Below are positions 36,301 through 46,664 of a stretch of 64,000 bases of DNA, piece after piece (position 1 is the stretch's first letter; every line of letters begins with the position of its first letter). The translations under genes were made by a program, and so were the position numbers. The notes under the pieces are model-generated. The model saw only the letters and a list, made by a program, of their open reading frames with translations. It was not told the origin of the DNA and did no database searches. This stretch comes from Pristiophorus japonicus (lineage: Eukaryota): contig NC_091983.1 of the NCBI RefSeq assembly GCF_044704955.1, positions 192,634,001-192,698,000 on the forward strand, given 5' to 3'.

Positions 36301-39300
36301 CCTCCTTCGTGTTTGTGAATCGGGGATTGAGTCGCTCTATGTTCCATGGTCTGTTCTGGGAGACCACAGTCACACACTAGAGAGTTAATGTACCTGGGAT
36401 CAAGCTGCCCACGGGCGCGTACGAGTGTGCACGCACCTGTGGGGTCCCCGCAAGTTCCGGGTTTAGGTATGGCGAAGCCCATGCACCTAAACCCGGCACT
36501 TGCGAGCTGTTGACAGATCCACCGCATCCGAAAGTAAAGGGCCTCCGTGGGCGGAGAGTTGGGCTATTTGCGCACCTCCTGCCCAGCGAAACTCCTTCAA
36601 ATTCTTATCAATGAAAAAGCAGGCGTACGGCCTGCTTTTTAAGACTTTTAAAGTACAGAAAAATACATTAAAAAATAATTTCAACTTTTAAAATCCTGTT
36701 AAATAAGGTAAGTTTATTCTTAAACTCTTCAAAATATATAAATTTATTTTCAAAAAATTACATTTTTGTTTTAAATAATTAAATTCCGTTTTTATTAATT
36801 TGAAATGTGATTTTTAAAAATTATTTTCAGTGTTTCCGTGTTTTGGGGTGTATTCCCATTCATACTCATGGAAGCTTCGTATATACGGAATTTCCATGAG
36901 TTTGAATGGGGATCTCCCTACTCTGATAGGTTGGGCCAGCCCACGTGATCCCATTGATGGGCATGAAACCCATATGCTGCTGGGATACGTGTGTGCCTAC
37001 GAAGGCCTTGGCGTAGAGGGCCAGGACCGCAAGTCTCCGAACCTCCGCGACTACCAGGTAGATTCATAGAAACTTTTCAGGTTGGAAGCCTCCGACTGCA
37101 ATTTCTGGGCCTTTATTTCCCCATTTGTGCATCAAGTATACGCATCTGCCATGGTTTGTGCCGATGGGATTTAGGGTTGCCCATAAGCTTCGCAGAAAAT
37201 CAAAGCCAGGGATCTTCCGCGTGGGGTCTTTCACAAGGTGTTGGTTTGTGACTTCTTGTAAAATCCATTCGGCTTTCCCAGCATCATCAGAATTGAAGTC
37301 CCATTGTGGGAGGTTAAACGCGTGAATCCAAAAGAGCTTGTGCGACTTCAAGCGGTGCTGGTGAGTCGTTCATTTTCCACGACTGGTTGGACTTACCGGA
37401 GGGTTGAGGCATCGCGGCGAATGGATGAGGGAGCGATGTGCGACAGCACGGGCAACCAGGGTGTTTGGGGTGGACTTCACGGTTCCAATGATGAACTGCA
37501 CTGTAGTGTTCAGTTGGACATCAACAAGTCGAGTGTGGCTACTTCTGGCCTATACTGGTGTACAATACTCGGCTACAGAGTACAAAAGGGCCTTGATGTC
37601 CGTGAACCCAGTGCAATACTTAGAGCACAAAAAAGCTCTTATTTACACAGTAAAACACCCTCAAACTGTAAAAGCCAATTACAGAAAATGAATTAACAAG
37701 GGCCTTGTGGGGTACATTTATTATCAGGTTCACATATTTGAGCTTAGTATCAAAAGTCTTGGTGCAGCCTTTACACACTGAAAACAGCTTGTCTTGTATC
37801 TCTCCAATATTAGCAGGTTCATGGGTTCCATTTGTCATGGTGTAGGTAAACTACACGTTTTTCTCGGTTGAAATCAGTTTTCGCATACTACTGATGCAGA
37901 ACAGCGCTCTATAACTTCCAAAAATAAAAGATACTGCAAATGCATTGCAAACATTTCGCACATGCACAGCCTTTTAAAATATCAAATCTTGGAAAACCGA
38001 TTTTTTTTTCCTGGTCGGGTTCAATCCTGAAAACGAGATGTCTCTCCTCCCCGTCAAAACAAAAATAGACTGGTTGAAATTAGATGGGCGGCCAGTCTGG
38101 TCAAACTTTGATAACTTCAGCTTAATTTTGCAGTTACAATGTCTGGTTCACGGTTATCACGTTTTACATCTGTTTTTCAATCAGAATAAGCAATGTGGTA
38201 GTGTCAGCTTCCGTTTTGTTTTCGAAAGTTTATATTGGTTATTAATGGTTGTAACGAGGTTTACAATTTCTTCACTGAGAAGATTTACATGTGAATTATT
38301 TCCAATGTTTCTTTAACGACACATTTTTATCCCGCTATAAGTTCACGAAGCCTTTAGACAGAACACTTCACTGCAGAGATAAGATCGCAGATTACAGTTT
38401 TATTGAGATTTATACCAATTCGGTTTTCACATGAAATTTAGAGCACATATGTAAGAGTGTGCCTTAACTTACTCTGACAAAAGATCTGTTTTCCCCCTTT
38501 GATCCTAGTTCCTACTCAGAGTGGCTCAGAGCTGAGAAATTTCCGCAATGCTTCAGCAATCGCAGCTCTGCAGGACGAGGCACAGCTCACTCTCAATAGC
38601 TACATACACACCAGGTAAAGGAGAGCGGGCTCTCGCACGATTTGCACCCACGCTGGAAGTAAATGTTTAACGCATCTGGGGCAGGATGTTGCAATATGTT
38701 CATTAAAAGGTTGATTCACTGCAGATGACCTTCAAATTTGCGTATCCTCACAAGCTAATCATACCATAAAATCCCTAATCTGTGCCAAAATAATTGAAAT
38801 AACTTTACACTGTGCTCAAAAACCATCGACCCACTACCCTGCTAAGTGTGTTTACATTCGAATACTTGTTTCTGCTAAGTCTCATTACTCTTAAAGGGCT
38901 ATCCATAAACAATCACGAAGTATATAAATCACTAAAGGGCTATCTATAAAGAATCACTAAGTACAGCAATCTCTAAAGGTGACAGGACAACTTGGTAAAG
39001 CTGCAAAAAAAATGTGTACCGGAGCCATGGATTTATAAATAGAGGCATAGAGTACATAAGATTACATAGGATATACTGCACAGAAACAGGCCATTCGACT
39101 CAACCAGTCAATGTCGGTCTTTATGCTCCACTCGAGCCTCCTCCCGTCTTTCCTCATCTAAATCTATCCAAATAATCCTCTGTTCCCTTCTCCCTCATAA
39201 GCTTGTCTAGCCTCCCCTTAAATGTATCTAGACTATTCACTTCAACCACTCCCTGTGGTAGCGAGTTCCACATTCTCACCACTCTTTGGGTAAATAATTT

Positions 39301-42300
39301 TCTTCTGAATTACCTATTTGATTTGGTACAAAAGCAATGAAATGGTAAACCTTCGTAAATCACTAATTAGATCTCCAATTCTAGGCACCACATTTTCCAA
39401 AGGATACCAAGGCTTTGGAGAGGGTGCAGAGGAGATTTACCAGAATGGTACCAGGGATGAGGGAATTCCGTTATATGGAGAGATGAGAGAAGCTGGGATT
39501 GTTCTCGCTAGGACATAGAAAGTGAAGAGGAGTTTTCAAGAGGTGTTCAAAATTATGAAGGGATTTAATAGAGTAAATAGGAGAAACTGTTCCCACTACC
39601 AGGAGGGTTGGTAACCAGAGGACACAGATGTAAGATAATTGTCAAAAAAGCCAGGGGCGAGAGTTAGTGAGTTGTTATGATCTGTAATATATTGCCTGAA
39701 ATGGTGGTGGAAGCAGGTTCAATAGTAACTTTCAAAAAGGAAGTGGATAAATACTTCAACAACTACAACAACTTGCTTTTATGTAGTGCCTTTAAAATAG
39801 TAAAATGTCCCAAGGTGCTTCACAGGAGTGTTATCAAAGAAAATTTGACACCAAGCGTATAAGGGGTAATTAGGGAAGATGGCTTAAATAGAAAAAAAAT
39901 GCAAGTCTACCGGGAAAGAGCAAGAGAGTGAGGCTAATTGGATAATTCTTTCAAAGAACTAGCACTGGCACAATGGGTCAAATGGCTTCCTGCTGTGCTA
40001 TGATTCCTTGTATGATTCTATATAGTGATGTTGTGCTTGCAGCGATTTCATCACTACCATTTAAATTTCCAGAATGGATACTACCACAGATACACTGCAT
40101 TGACTGTTAATGTCCATCATAGAATATCTAGCTCTACCCCCTTAAAATATACATTATAACTAATAGTGAGCAGTGACTTCAAACTTTGGCCATAATTTTT
40201 CAATCCTCCTTAAATAAATCCTTGGAATGGATATATTGGCTTTGGTGGGGGCGCAGATTCACCAAAATATTGTTGGGGCTTAAAGGGTTAAATTATGAGG
40301 ACAGGTTGTATAAAGATCTAATTGGGATCTTTAAAATGATAAAGCAATTCAATAGAGTGGATATTATTTTCTCTGATGGGAGATTCGAGAAGAAGGGGTC
40401 ATAACCTTAAAGTTAGAGCTGGCTATTGTGGAGTAAAACCAGGAATATAAGAACATAAGAAATAGGAGCAGGAGTAGACCACCTGGTCCTTCGAGCCTAC
40501 TCCACCATTTAATAAGATCATGGCTGATCTGATCACGGACTCAACTCCACTTCCCTGCCCGCTCCCCATAACCCTTTATTCCCTTATCGCTGTCTATCTC
40601 CGCTTTAAATATATTCAGTGATCCATCCTCCACAGCTCTCTGGGGCAGAGAATTCCATAGATTTACAACCCTCTGAAAGAAGAAATTCCTCCTCATCTCA
40701 GTTTTAAATGGGCGGTCCCTTATTCTGAGACTAGGTCCCCTAGTTTTAGTTTCCCCTATGAGTGGAAATATCCTCTCTGCATCCACCTTGTCAAGCCCCC
40801 TCATTATCTTATATGTTTCAATAAGATCACCTCTCATTCTTCTGAACTCCAATGAGTATAGGCCCAACCTACTCAACCTATGTTCATAAGTCAGCCCCCT
40901 CATCTCCGGAATCAACCTAGTGAACCTTCTCTGAACAGCCTCCAATGCAAGTATATCCTTCCTTAAATACCGAGACCAAAACTGTATGCAGTACTCCAGG
41001 TGTGGCCTCATCAACACCCTGTACAGTTGCAGCAGGACATCTATGTTTTTAAACTCTATCCCCCTTTCAATAAAGGCCAAGATTCCATTTGCCTTCCTGA
41101 AGCACTTTTTCACTCAACGAATAGTGAAAATATGGAACTCTCTCTCCCAAAAAGCTATGGATGCTTGATCAATTGAAATTTTCAGGGCTGGGATTGTTAG
41201 ATATTTGTGAGGTAAGGGTATCAAGCGATATAGAGCAAAGGAAGGTAACTGGTGTTGAGGTACAGCCCAGTGATGTAATTGAATGGGGAAACAGGCTCGA
41301 AGGGTTGAATGGCTTATTCCTGTTCCTATGAAATAATTATCCACTTCCATTTTAAAAGCTATTGTGGATTCTACTTCCAGCACTGTTTCTGGTCGCGCAT
41401 TCCATGTAACAATCCTCTGTGTAAAACATTTTCCTAAAACCTCTCCATTTGTTCTTTTGGTGATGATTTTAAATGTATCCACTTTAGTTACTAACTCATC
41501 GAGAAAGTTTTTCACAATTTACCTTATCGAAACCTCTCAGGATCTTGAACATCTCTATCAGATCTTTTCTTGACCTCCTTTGTTCTAATGTAAAAAGCTA
41601 TAGTTTCTCAAGTCGCGCATCATATCTAACATCTCTCATTCCTGGTATCATTTTAATGAATTTGCATCCTTTCTATATAGCATTGGCATCCTTCCTAAAG
41701 TAAGGCACTCAAAGCTGGCAAATATATCTTAACCGCAGCCTAATCAATAATTGCTGTAGACTTAGCATTACCTATTTGCCTTTGATCTCATTGTCCCTAT
41801 TTATAAATCCTAGGATCCCATATACTTTTTAAAAGCTTTATCAACTTACCATTTTTAGGTATTTCTGTATCTGAAATGCTAAGTCTCTCCAGTCCTTAGA
41901 TTTTACAGTTTTACAATTTAGTGTATACATCCTCTCCTTATCCATCCACCCAAAATATGTCACATTAAATTTAATCCAATGTTTTTCTGTCAAATCTACT
42001 AACCTGCCAGTGTTCTCCTGAAGAACCATACAGTGCTCTTTACCATGCTACCTATTTTTGTGGCATCAGCAAGTTTCAATGTTGTGCTAACTATACTCAA
42101 ATCAAGATCATTTATATATATTGAGAAGTGCAATAGGTCCAATATTGCCCCTGTGGGGTACACAAACTTACATCCCCCTAGTCTAAAAACATCTGTTAAG
42201 CCTACTCTCCACGTTTCTGTCCTCTAGGCTACTTCATGTCCATGCTGCTGCATCTCTTTAATACTAGTGCTGCAATTTTATCAACAGGTCTCCTATGGGA

Positions 42301-44452
42301 CACCTTATCAAATGCCATTTGAAAATCTATATACACATTGTATTTCGTTTATCAATATTTTTTAATTTCCTCAAAGGATTCTTAAATTTGTCAGACATGA
42401 CTTGCCTCTTACAAATTCATGATGATTGTGATTAATTAACCCATGCCTTTCTATGTGCATATTAATTTTAGCATATTTTATAGCCTCTAGAGATTTAGTT
42501 ACCTGGTTTATCTAAATACTCCATGATTTCTTTCAACTTTCCTCTTGGCAAGGTCCAGACCACTCAGAGTACATATGCACCCTAGTCTTATGTATGTACA
42601 TACAGTGTATTTATCAGTATTAAGTTTCATTTGCCACTGGTCATCCCAGGTACAGACCATAGTACAAAAGCAAAATACTGCTGATGCTGGAGATCTGAAA
42701 TAAAAACATAAAATGCTGGAAATACTCAGCAGGTCAGGCAGCACATGTGGAAAGTGAAGCAGAGTTAACTTTTCAGGTCAATGACCTATCATCAGAACTG
42801 GAAAAAGTTAGAGATGTAACAGGTTTTAAGCAAGTACCAAGGCAGTGAAAGGGGGAGTGGATGAAAGAACAAAAAGGAAGGTCTGTGATAAGGTAGAAGG
42901 CAGGAGAAATTAAATGACAAAGGCATGATTGTACAAGGCAAAAGTGGATTGTAATGGGACAAGTAAAGAAAGAAAAGATGGGTGTAGACGACGTGTAACT
43001 GGGAATAGCAGAATCATTACCAACTGCTGCTGTCTGAAAAAATGGGAGCAGAGGTTATGATCTGACATTGTTGTACTCAATGGTGAGTCGGAAGGCTGTT
43101 GAGTTTTCTTTGTAGATTTTGGCTGCCTCTCCTGAGTCTATGGTCCATCATTAGTTAAATGTTATCAATGAGTTAACATTGAGTTGAGACTACAATTCTA
43201 AGTACCAACAATAGAAGGAATCCTAACATGGATTGCTGGGCATCCTGCTGAATACATCCCATCTACAACACCCCCACCCCACCCCTCCATTGTGACCTAT
43301 CTTCCTTTATGACCGCTCTCTGATTCATTCTCTTTAGCAAGTTACCAATCCAGATATATATCTTACTCTTGATATCTACTGACCTTAATTTGTAAACGAG
43401 CTTTACTTTACCAAAGGTTTTGGGGAGGTTCAGCTACATTTCATAGTATGGCTGCTCTCATCAACTTCAGCAGCTAAATAATCTGTGTATCCAAGAGCAG
43501 ATTTAAAGGTTGTGCTATCAGCAAACAGATACAGCATTTAAATAAATTGTTTTTCTTCAATTTATACCTCTGAGTCCGGATTTTAATTCAGACCAGAACA
43601 ATGGAATGACCATCTTCTTTCTTTATAGGCAGTAAAAAGGTTTTACATGAAATGTTTAGGTTATCTCAATCCAGTTCTTACTGATTTGGCAGTTTCCACC
43701 ACAAAAGTGCCACAAATCATCATACATTGTCAGTCTCGCTGCAGTAAGGTGGAAAATGGAAATGTCACATTGATGGAGTAGGATTTAAGATTTCCAGTAA
43801 GCAGGATTGTTCGGGATAAAGTATAGGAATTTGGCCTTCAATCTAAGCTGCCCAATACAACCTGAGAGTGATTGAGGCTGATAATTGCTGAAAGAGGGGA
43901 AAGGAAGTGCTTTATTTCCGAATCTGTATTCTCACCGTGGAGAAAATAATTTGAACATTGCAAGCTCCCTTTTCTCTAGTTTAAAAAAAGTTGTTTTCTG
44001 CTAGTTTAGGTCGTTCCAAACCGCCCGTGTCTAGTGTTACTCTGTAACGAGGTATCCAACGGTATACATGAGTTGGCTCCCTACAACTATCTCTGACAAA
44101 GCTCCTTCAGCTGGTACCTATTCTGGTTAGTCTCCGTAAGGTTTGCCACTCCCCAAGGCCAGGACACCAAACCTCCTCCACCCTGCCGCACCATCATTCT
44201 TGTCACATGCTTCTTTCTACAACACATAATGCGGACAGTATTCACCGCGTTCAAATTGCTAACAGGTCTCTTTCTTCTGTGCATCCCAGATACCCAACAC
44301 AGCCGTGTCGTTTTGGAAAGTTACTTTTACTTCTGCCAGCTTTGCGCTCGGTGAATCCCTCCACTATTGAAGAAGTGTTCTTCAAGAAAACTATTGGAAA
44401 TGTTCCTATCACAAGACTATTGTCAGACATGTACAAATCCAGCGATATTTAA
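12334..44452 (+). CDS. nr2e1: Nuclear receptor TLX, spliced CDS join(12334..12358,17803..17948,19434..19521,25367..25593,32403..32549,33906..34002,35388..35537,38509..38614,44290..44452), 382 aa
   Basis: Exon lengths 25+146+88+227+147+97+150+106+163 = 1149 nt give an open frame from [21 protein letters not shown] to [14 protein letters not shown]. It has two C4 zinc fingers with the CDGCSG P-box and a ligand-binding domain. All 8 introns are GT-AG with consistent phases. Confidence 0.97.
12901..12922. repeat. (CT)11 microsatellite
   Basis: Read directly from the sequence. Confidence 0.95.
17803..17948 (+). CDS. nr2e1: nr2e1 exon 2, zinc finger 1
   Basis: ttttaaaag|GT CGC ... AAC CAG|gtacca. 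Encodes [48 protein letters not shown]. Confidence 0.97.
18685..19155. mobile_element. Two CR1-type 3' ends in opposite orientation (18685-18900 minus, about 18920-19155 plus)
   Basis: catagacatttacggcacagaaggaggccatttggcccatcgtgtc is the near reverse complement of gacacgatgggccaaaatggcccccttctgcgctgtgaattgctatg. Confidence 0.65.
19434..19521 (+). CDS. nr2e1: nr2e1 exon 3, zinc finger 2
   Basis: cttttaaag|GGC GGT TGT ... GAC G|gtaaga. Encodes [29 protein letters not shown]. Not present in the ORF track. Confidence 0.97.
20010..20190 (+). mobile_element. DeuSINE 3' fragment
   Basis: gtgggagtttgctgagcgcaaattagctgc...cctacattacaacagtga...gaaatgcaagtc matches the reverse complement of 26058-26230. 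Confidence 0.8.
20230..20298. mobile_element. Penelope-like element terminal fragment
   Basis: tacaaaagcaaaatactgtggatgctggaatctgaaataaaaatagaaaatgctgg, repeated at 42663. The family name is from recall. Confidence 0.55.
21240..21822 (-). mobile_element. tRNA-derived SINE with LINE-derived 3' tail
   Basis: The minus-strand head has A-box-like ggtagcaaagtgg and B-box gagttcaaatccc. The tail ggccagcatttactgtccatccctaattgcccttgagaagg is shared with the LINE at 29120. Confidence 0.7.
23690..24130 (-). mobile_element. CR1 3' fragment
   Basis: Has the aacataagaacataagaaataggagcag tail. ORF 23853-24062 reads [16 protein letters not shown]...[10 protein letters not shown]. Confidence 0.85.
24188..24830 (-). 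mobile_element. DeuSINE containing an inverted DeuSINE 3' fragment (24415-24592, +)
   Basis: GAACTC is duplicated at 24409-24414 and 24593-24598. The host copy resumes and ends in a tRNA-like head near 24760-24830. Confidence 0.8.
25367..25593 (+). CDS. nr2e1: nr2e1 exon 4, C-terminal extension and hinge
   Basis: cctcatag|CT GTG CAA ... CCA AAG|gtaaat. Encodes [26 protein letters not shown]...PQPTPK. Confidence 0.96.
25910..26045. repeat. Degenerate CA/TA low-complexity tract
   Basis: Read directly from the sequence. Confidence 0.8.
26058..26492 (-). mobile_element. Near full-length DeuSINE
   Basis: On the minus strand: A box tggctcagttgg, B box ggttcaggtcc, then the Deu core and an L2-like tail ending gctatataaatccaagtctttctt. 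Confidence 0.88.
26943..27075. mobile_element. Small hAT-like MITE
   Basis: 14-bp TIRs AATGTTCCCTCTAA and TTAGGGGGAACATT (1 mismatch). The flanks cccaaac and cccataac look like a decayed TSD. Confidence 0.65.
27146..27837 (-). mobile_element. 5'-truncated RTE LINE with perfect 12-bp TSD
   Basis: TTTGAATGGGCA at 27134-27145 and 27838-27849. Encodes [21 protein letters not shown] and has the same tail as the RTE ending at 8528. Confidence 0.92.
28022..28180. repeat. Compound (CA)n/(TA)n microsatellite
   Basis: Read directly. It explains the spurious ORFs at 27771-28192. Confidence 0.9.
29115..29680 (-). mobile_element. Non-LTR retrotransposon 3' fragment (CR1/Jockey group, a family distinct from the main CR1)
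   Basis: Minus-strand translation includes [24 protein letters not shown] and [19 protein letters not shown]. The tail is shared with the SINE at 21240. Confidence 0.7.
29736..29876. mobile_element. Short palindromic MITE
   Basis: gggtgaacgtggtctt at the left and aagaccaaattcaccc at the right, with further imperfect pairing inward. Confidence 0.55.
29950..31790 (+). mobile_element. Degenerate CR1 ORF2 and 3' end
   Basis: Fragments [24 protein letters not shown] and [16 protein letters not shown]. The tail is ggcacgatgggccgaatggc...ctatga. Confidence 0.88.
31793..32240 (-). mobile_element. L2 LINE 3' fragment
   Basis: ORF 31971-32171 reads [28 protein letters not shown], followed by an L2-type tail. 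Confidence 0.8.
32403..32549 (+). CDS. nr2e1: nr2e1 exon 5, start of ligand-binding domain
   Basis: ttttcgcag|TAC CCT ... GAT CAG|gttagt. Encodes [49 protein letters not shown]. Confidence 0.96.
33906..34002 (+). CDS. nr2e1: nr2e1 exon 6
   Basis: cactctag|CTA ATT ... TCT G|gtgagt. Encodes [32 protein letters not shown]. Confidence 0.96.
35388..35537 (+). CDS. nr2e1: nr2e1 exon 7
   Basis: ttccccaag|GG ATG ... GCC G|gtcagt. Encodes [50 protein letters not shown]. Confidence 0.96.
36193..37612 (-). mobile_element. Vingi/Ingi-like non-LTR retrotransposon 3' part, split by a MITE
   Basis: Minus-strand peptides [43 protein letters not shown] and [37 protein letters not shown]. After the MITE it continues [12 protein letters not shown]...GGITAMHSA...LNVKL*, then a gccatacaaagtagtag tail. 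Confidence 0.78.
36393..37112. mobile_element. Non-autonomous hairpin-bearing element related in architecture to 7687-8431
   Basis: It interrupts the Vingi frame between MHKWG and CDCG. Hairpins at 36449-36504 and 36855-36910. The right end is gcaatttctgggcc and the left TIR is poorly preserved. Confidence 0.68.
38509..38614 (+). CDS. nr2e1: nr2e1 exon 8
   Basis: gatcctag|TT CCT ... ACC AG|gtaaag. Encodes [35 protein letters not shown]. Not present in the ORF track. Confidence 0.96.
38970..40020 (+). mobile_element. Degenerate CR1 3' region with a nested minus-strand CR1 end (about 39053-39325) and an L2 tail (about 39757-39880)
   Basis: Decayed CR1 C-terminal motifs and the tail ggcacaatgggtcaaatggcttcctgctgtgctatgattc. 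The frame resumes across the inserts. Confidence 0.72.
40185..41330 (+). mobile_element. Degenerate CR1 fragment with a nested younger CR1 (40446-41098, minus)
   Basis: The inner ORF 40541-41113 contains [14 protein letters not shown]...[10 protein letters not shown] and has the aacataaga tail. The outer copy continues [15 protein letters not shown]. Confidence 0.82.
41331..42660 (-). mobile_element. Old, highly decayed CR1 fragments
   Basis: Remnants [21 protein letters not shown] and [11 protein letters not shown]-rich and CpG-depleted. Confidence 0.65.
42663..43100. mobile_element. Penelope-like element fragment
   Basis: tacaaaagcaaaatactgctgatgctggagatctgaaataaaaacataaaatgctggaaatactcagcaggtcaggcagc followed by a purine-rich body. 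Confidence 0.6.
44290..44452 (+). CDS. nr2e1: nr2e1 exon 9, end of ligand-binding domain and stop
   Basis: catcccag|A TAC CCA ... ATT TAA. Encodes [53 protein letters not shown]. Confidence 0.97.
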
Positions 44453-46150
44453 CTCGAAAACTTTTCAAACAGATAACCAACTTTACCGGTATTATACGTG
44501 AAACTTTCTTACGCTTGTGCATTGTACTTGAGCTGGACTAACGGAATTCGTGGCTATTACTGTCAAAAGATGTTTCCTTTACCTATATAAAATGTGGCCA
44601 GGGGGTTGTCGATATTTGTGTAGCATTCCATTCGCACCTGAACCTTACCTGTCATTTAAAATGATTTCTATTTGCGGTTCACCCTGATTAGTGAGTTCAG
44701 TCATGAATGATTCTTTTATTTTATTTTTTTTAAACTAGAAGGTTGGCGCAGCCGACATTTCTCTGTGAGCACGTAAGGGAGTGAGATTTTCCTACAGCCA
44801 GCGGTGCAGGAATTGTTAAAATCGGTATCAGTTCCTCAGGTGATCGGTGACTTGTTTGATCGGCACTGCCCATTTGATCTGCGCTTTGGTCGCAACGGAA
44901 TCACAAAGGCGGCCGTGGGTACTTTCAATATGGCAAAACCTAACACGTTCCACACGGCGCCTTTCCAAAGCAGTACATGCCAAATCACAAAGTGGCCTTC
45001 AGAACAGATGTTGCAGTTCTATAATGGCGAGCTTCCTGCTGTAAGAAAGCAACAGCTTAATCTATACGTGAAAAGATCCCTGCATGGTTGTATGGTCGTG
45101 CTATTCCCCAGTGTACTTACTCTTGCAGTTATTAGTAGGTCATTTTAATTTTCCTTTCTTTTTAACATCTCAAAGATGCTTTGCAGAAGTGGGTGTTTGC
45201 TCAACACGTGTAAATTAGACAAACCAAATGTGAAGTGTGAAATAAAGGATCCAGCCGGCTGGTTGCTGTTCAGTGGCGTAGTGCTGAAACCAAAGGGGGA
45301 TGACAGCTCGACTCTCGATGGGCAAACCGCGAGTACAAATGTCGCAGCCAGACCCGGCAACCTTGAGGTCAATCCTTCAGCTCTCAGACAAGATGGAAGA
45401 CTTTCAATCTGGACAGAGGTCCCATTGGAGGACGATCGGCTAATCACAGACTCCTTTAGAAGTGCCTTTAAAAAAAATTCTTGAGGTATTTGGCTAAACT
45501 ACCAGAACAGTTGGAACTCGGTAGGGAAGGAGATCCCACCTTTAGCGAGGGACTCTGAGGCGCCGTTTATCGGGCAAGTTCATGCCATCTTTCAGCGAGG
45601 AGCCTGCAGCAAATGAATTACTTCTCAAAATAGCACTGAGGAAATCAGCACTTGAACTTTTTTTTGTTAACAGAACGTTTGTTGAGTCGTTCTGCTGTAT
45701 AAAGATCAAATGTAACCGAGTTGTCAACGCCAGGACTCTTGTAATTCATTTGGAATAGAGTTTAATTATACAATTAAATATCAATGTTCAGAAGTCGTAA
45801 TGGATGCCGCGGTAAATTACTGAAACTACCAATAACTCGGAGTCAGAAGACTGCTTTCTATTTCACTTTTGTGTAGGGATATTTTTGACATACGTTTAAT
45901 ATGTTTTTTCTGTACACTATGAGAACGTTTTAGCGAAATAATTTGGTGTGAATCCTAAAGTTGCAACAATGAAAACCGTGTACTGAGTGTACAATTGGCC
46001 GTCATGAATTAGTGATTCTCTACACAGGTTCTGGTTTCATGTCTGACGACTGATTCGGTACAAATACTGCTCAGAATTACTTCTTCTGCATCACAGCCGG
46101 AGCCGGCACTTTCCACGTAAGCCAATGACGTACAATATGAACAAATGTTC
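44453..46150 (+). other. Putative nr2e1 3' UTR (end uncertain)
   Basis: Unique, repeat-free DNA after the stop. Candidate poly(A) signals are AATAAA at 45241-45246 and ATTAAA at 45773-45778. Confidence 0.5.
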
Positions 46151-46154
46151 TATA

Positions 46155-46660
46155 CCTTTACTATTTGCTCGACTACACTCCAAAAGTACTTCGCTGGCTG
46201 TAAAGCGCTTTGAGACGTCCGGTGGTCGTGAAAGGCGCTATAGAAATGCAATTCTTTTATTTCATGGTGTCCTTAACTTAAGGTTCGACTTCTGCAATAT
46301 TTTCCTCGCGGGCCTCCCGAAATTTTCCCTATAGAGAGTTCTCCGTCTCCAAAACATAACCTTATCCTGCTCGCACTTAGTCTCACTCACTCATCATCCC
46401 TGTCCTAATTAATCTTCACTGGCTTCTTGGCCCCATAACACACCAACATCTAAACCCTTGTCCTAATTTGCAAATTCTTCAACAGCCTCACATATCCTGT
46501 CTCTGAAACCTCCTCCTGCCCTAAGTTCCAGCCCAGATCCGAAGGACCTTTGACTCTGGCCTTTATACCTCCTTCCGGTGTTCTTTGCTCGGCGGCAGAG
46601 TTCTTAGCTATCGACCCATCTTCTGGAACTCACTCCGCAAGCTTCCTTGCTGCTTCTCTA
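46155..46660 (+). mobile_element. DeuSINE tail (46170-46260) followed by a decayed L2 fragment
   Basis: gactacactccaaaagtacttcgctggctgtaaagcgctttgagacgtcc, then decayed ITPVL..LHWL-type L2 sequence. Confidence 0.6.
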
Positions 46661-46664
46661 TTGA

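Noticed and set aside
44266-44289. Alternative exon 9 acceptor adding 8 in-frame residues (SLSSVHPR)
   Set aside because: The AG lies immediately after the likely branch point (gctaac) and upstream of the pyrimidine tract, so it is unlikely to be used.
44804-45727. ORFs of 60-114 aa after the nr2e1 stop as a separate gene such as snx3
   Set aside because: No PX-domain or other recognisable similarity. The region is best read as 3' UTR.
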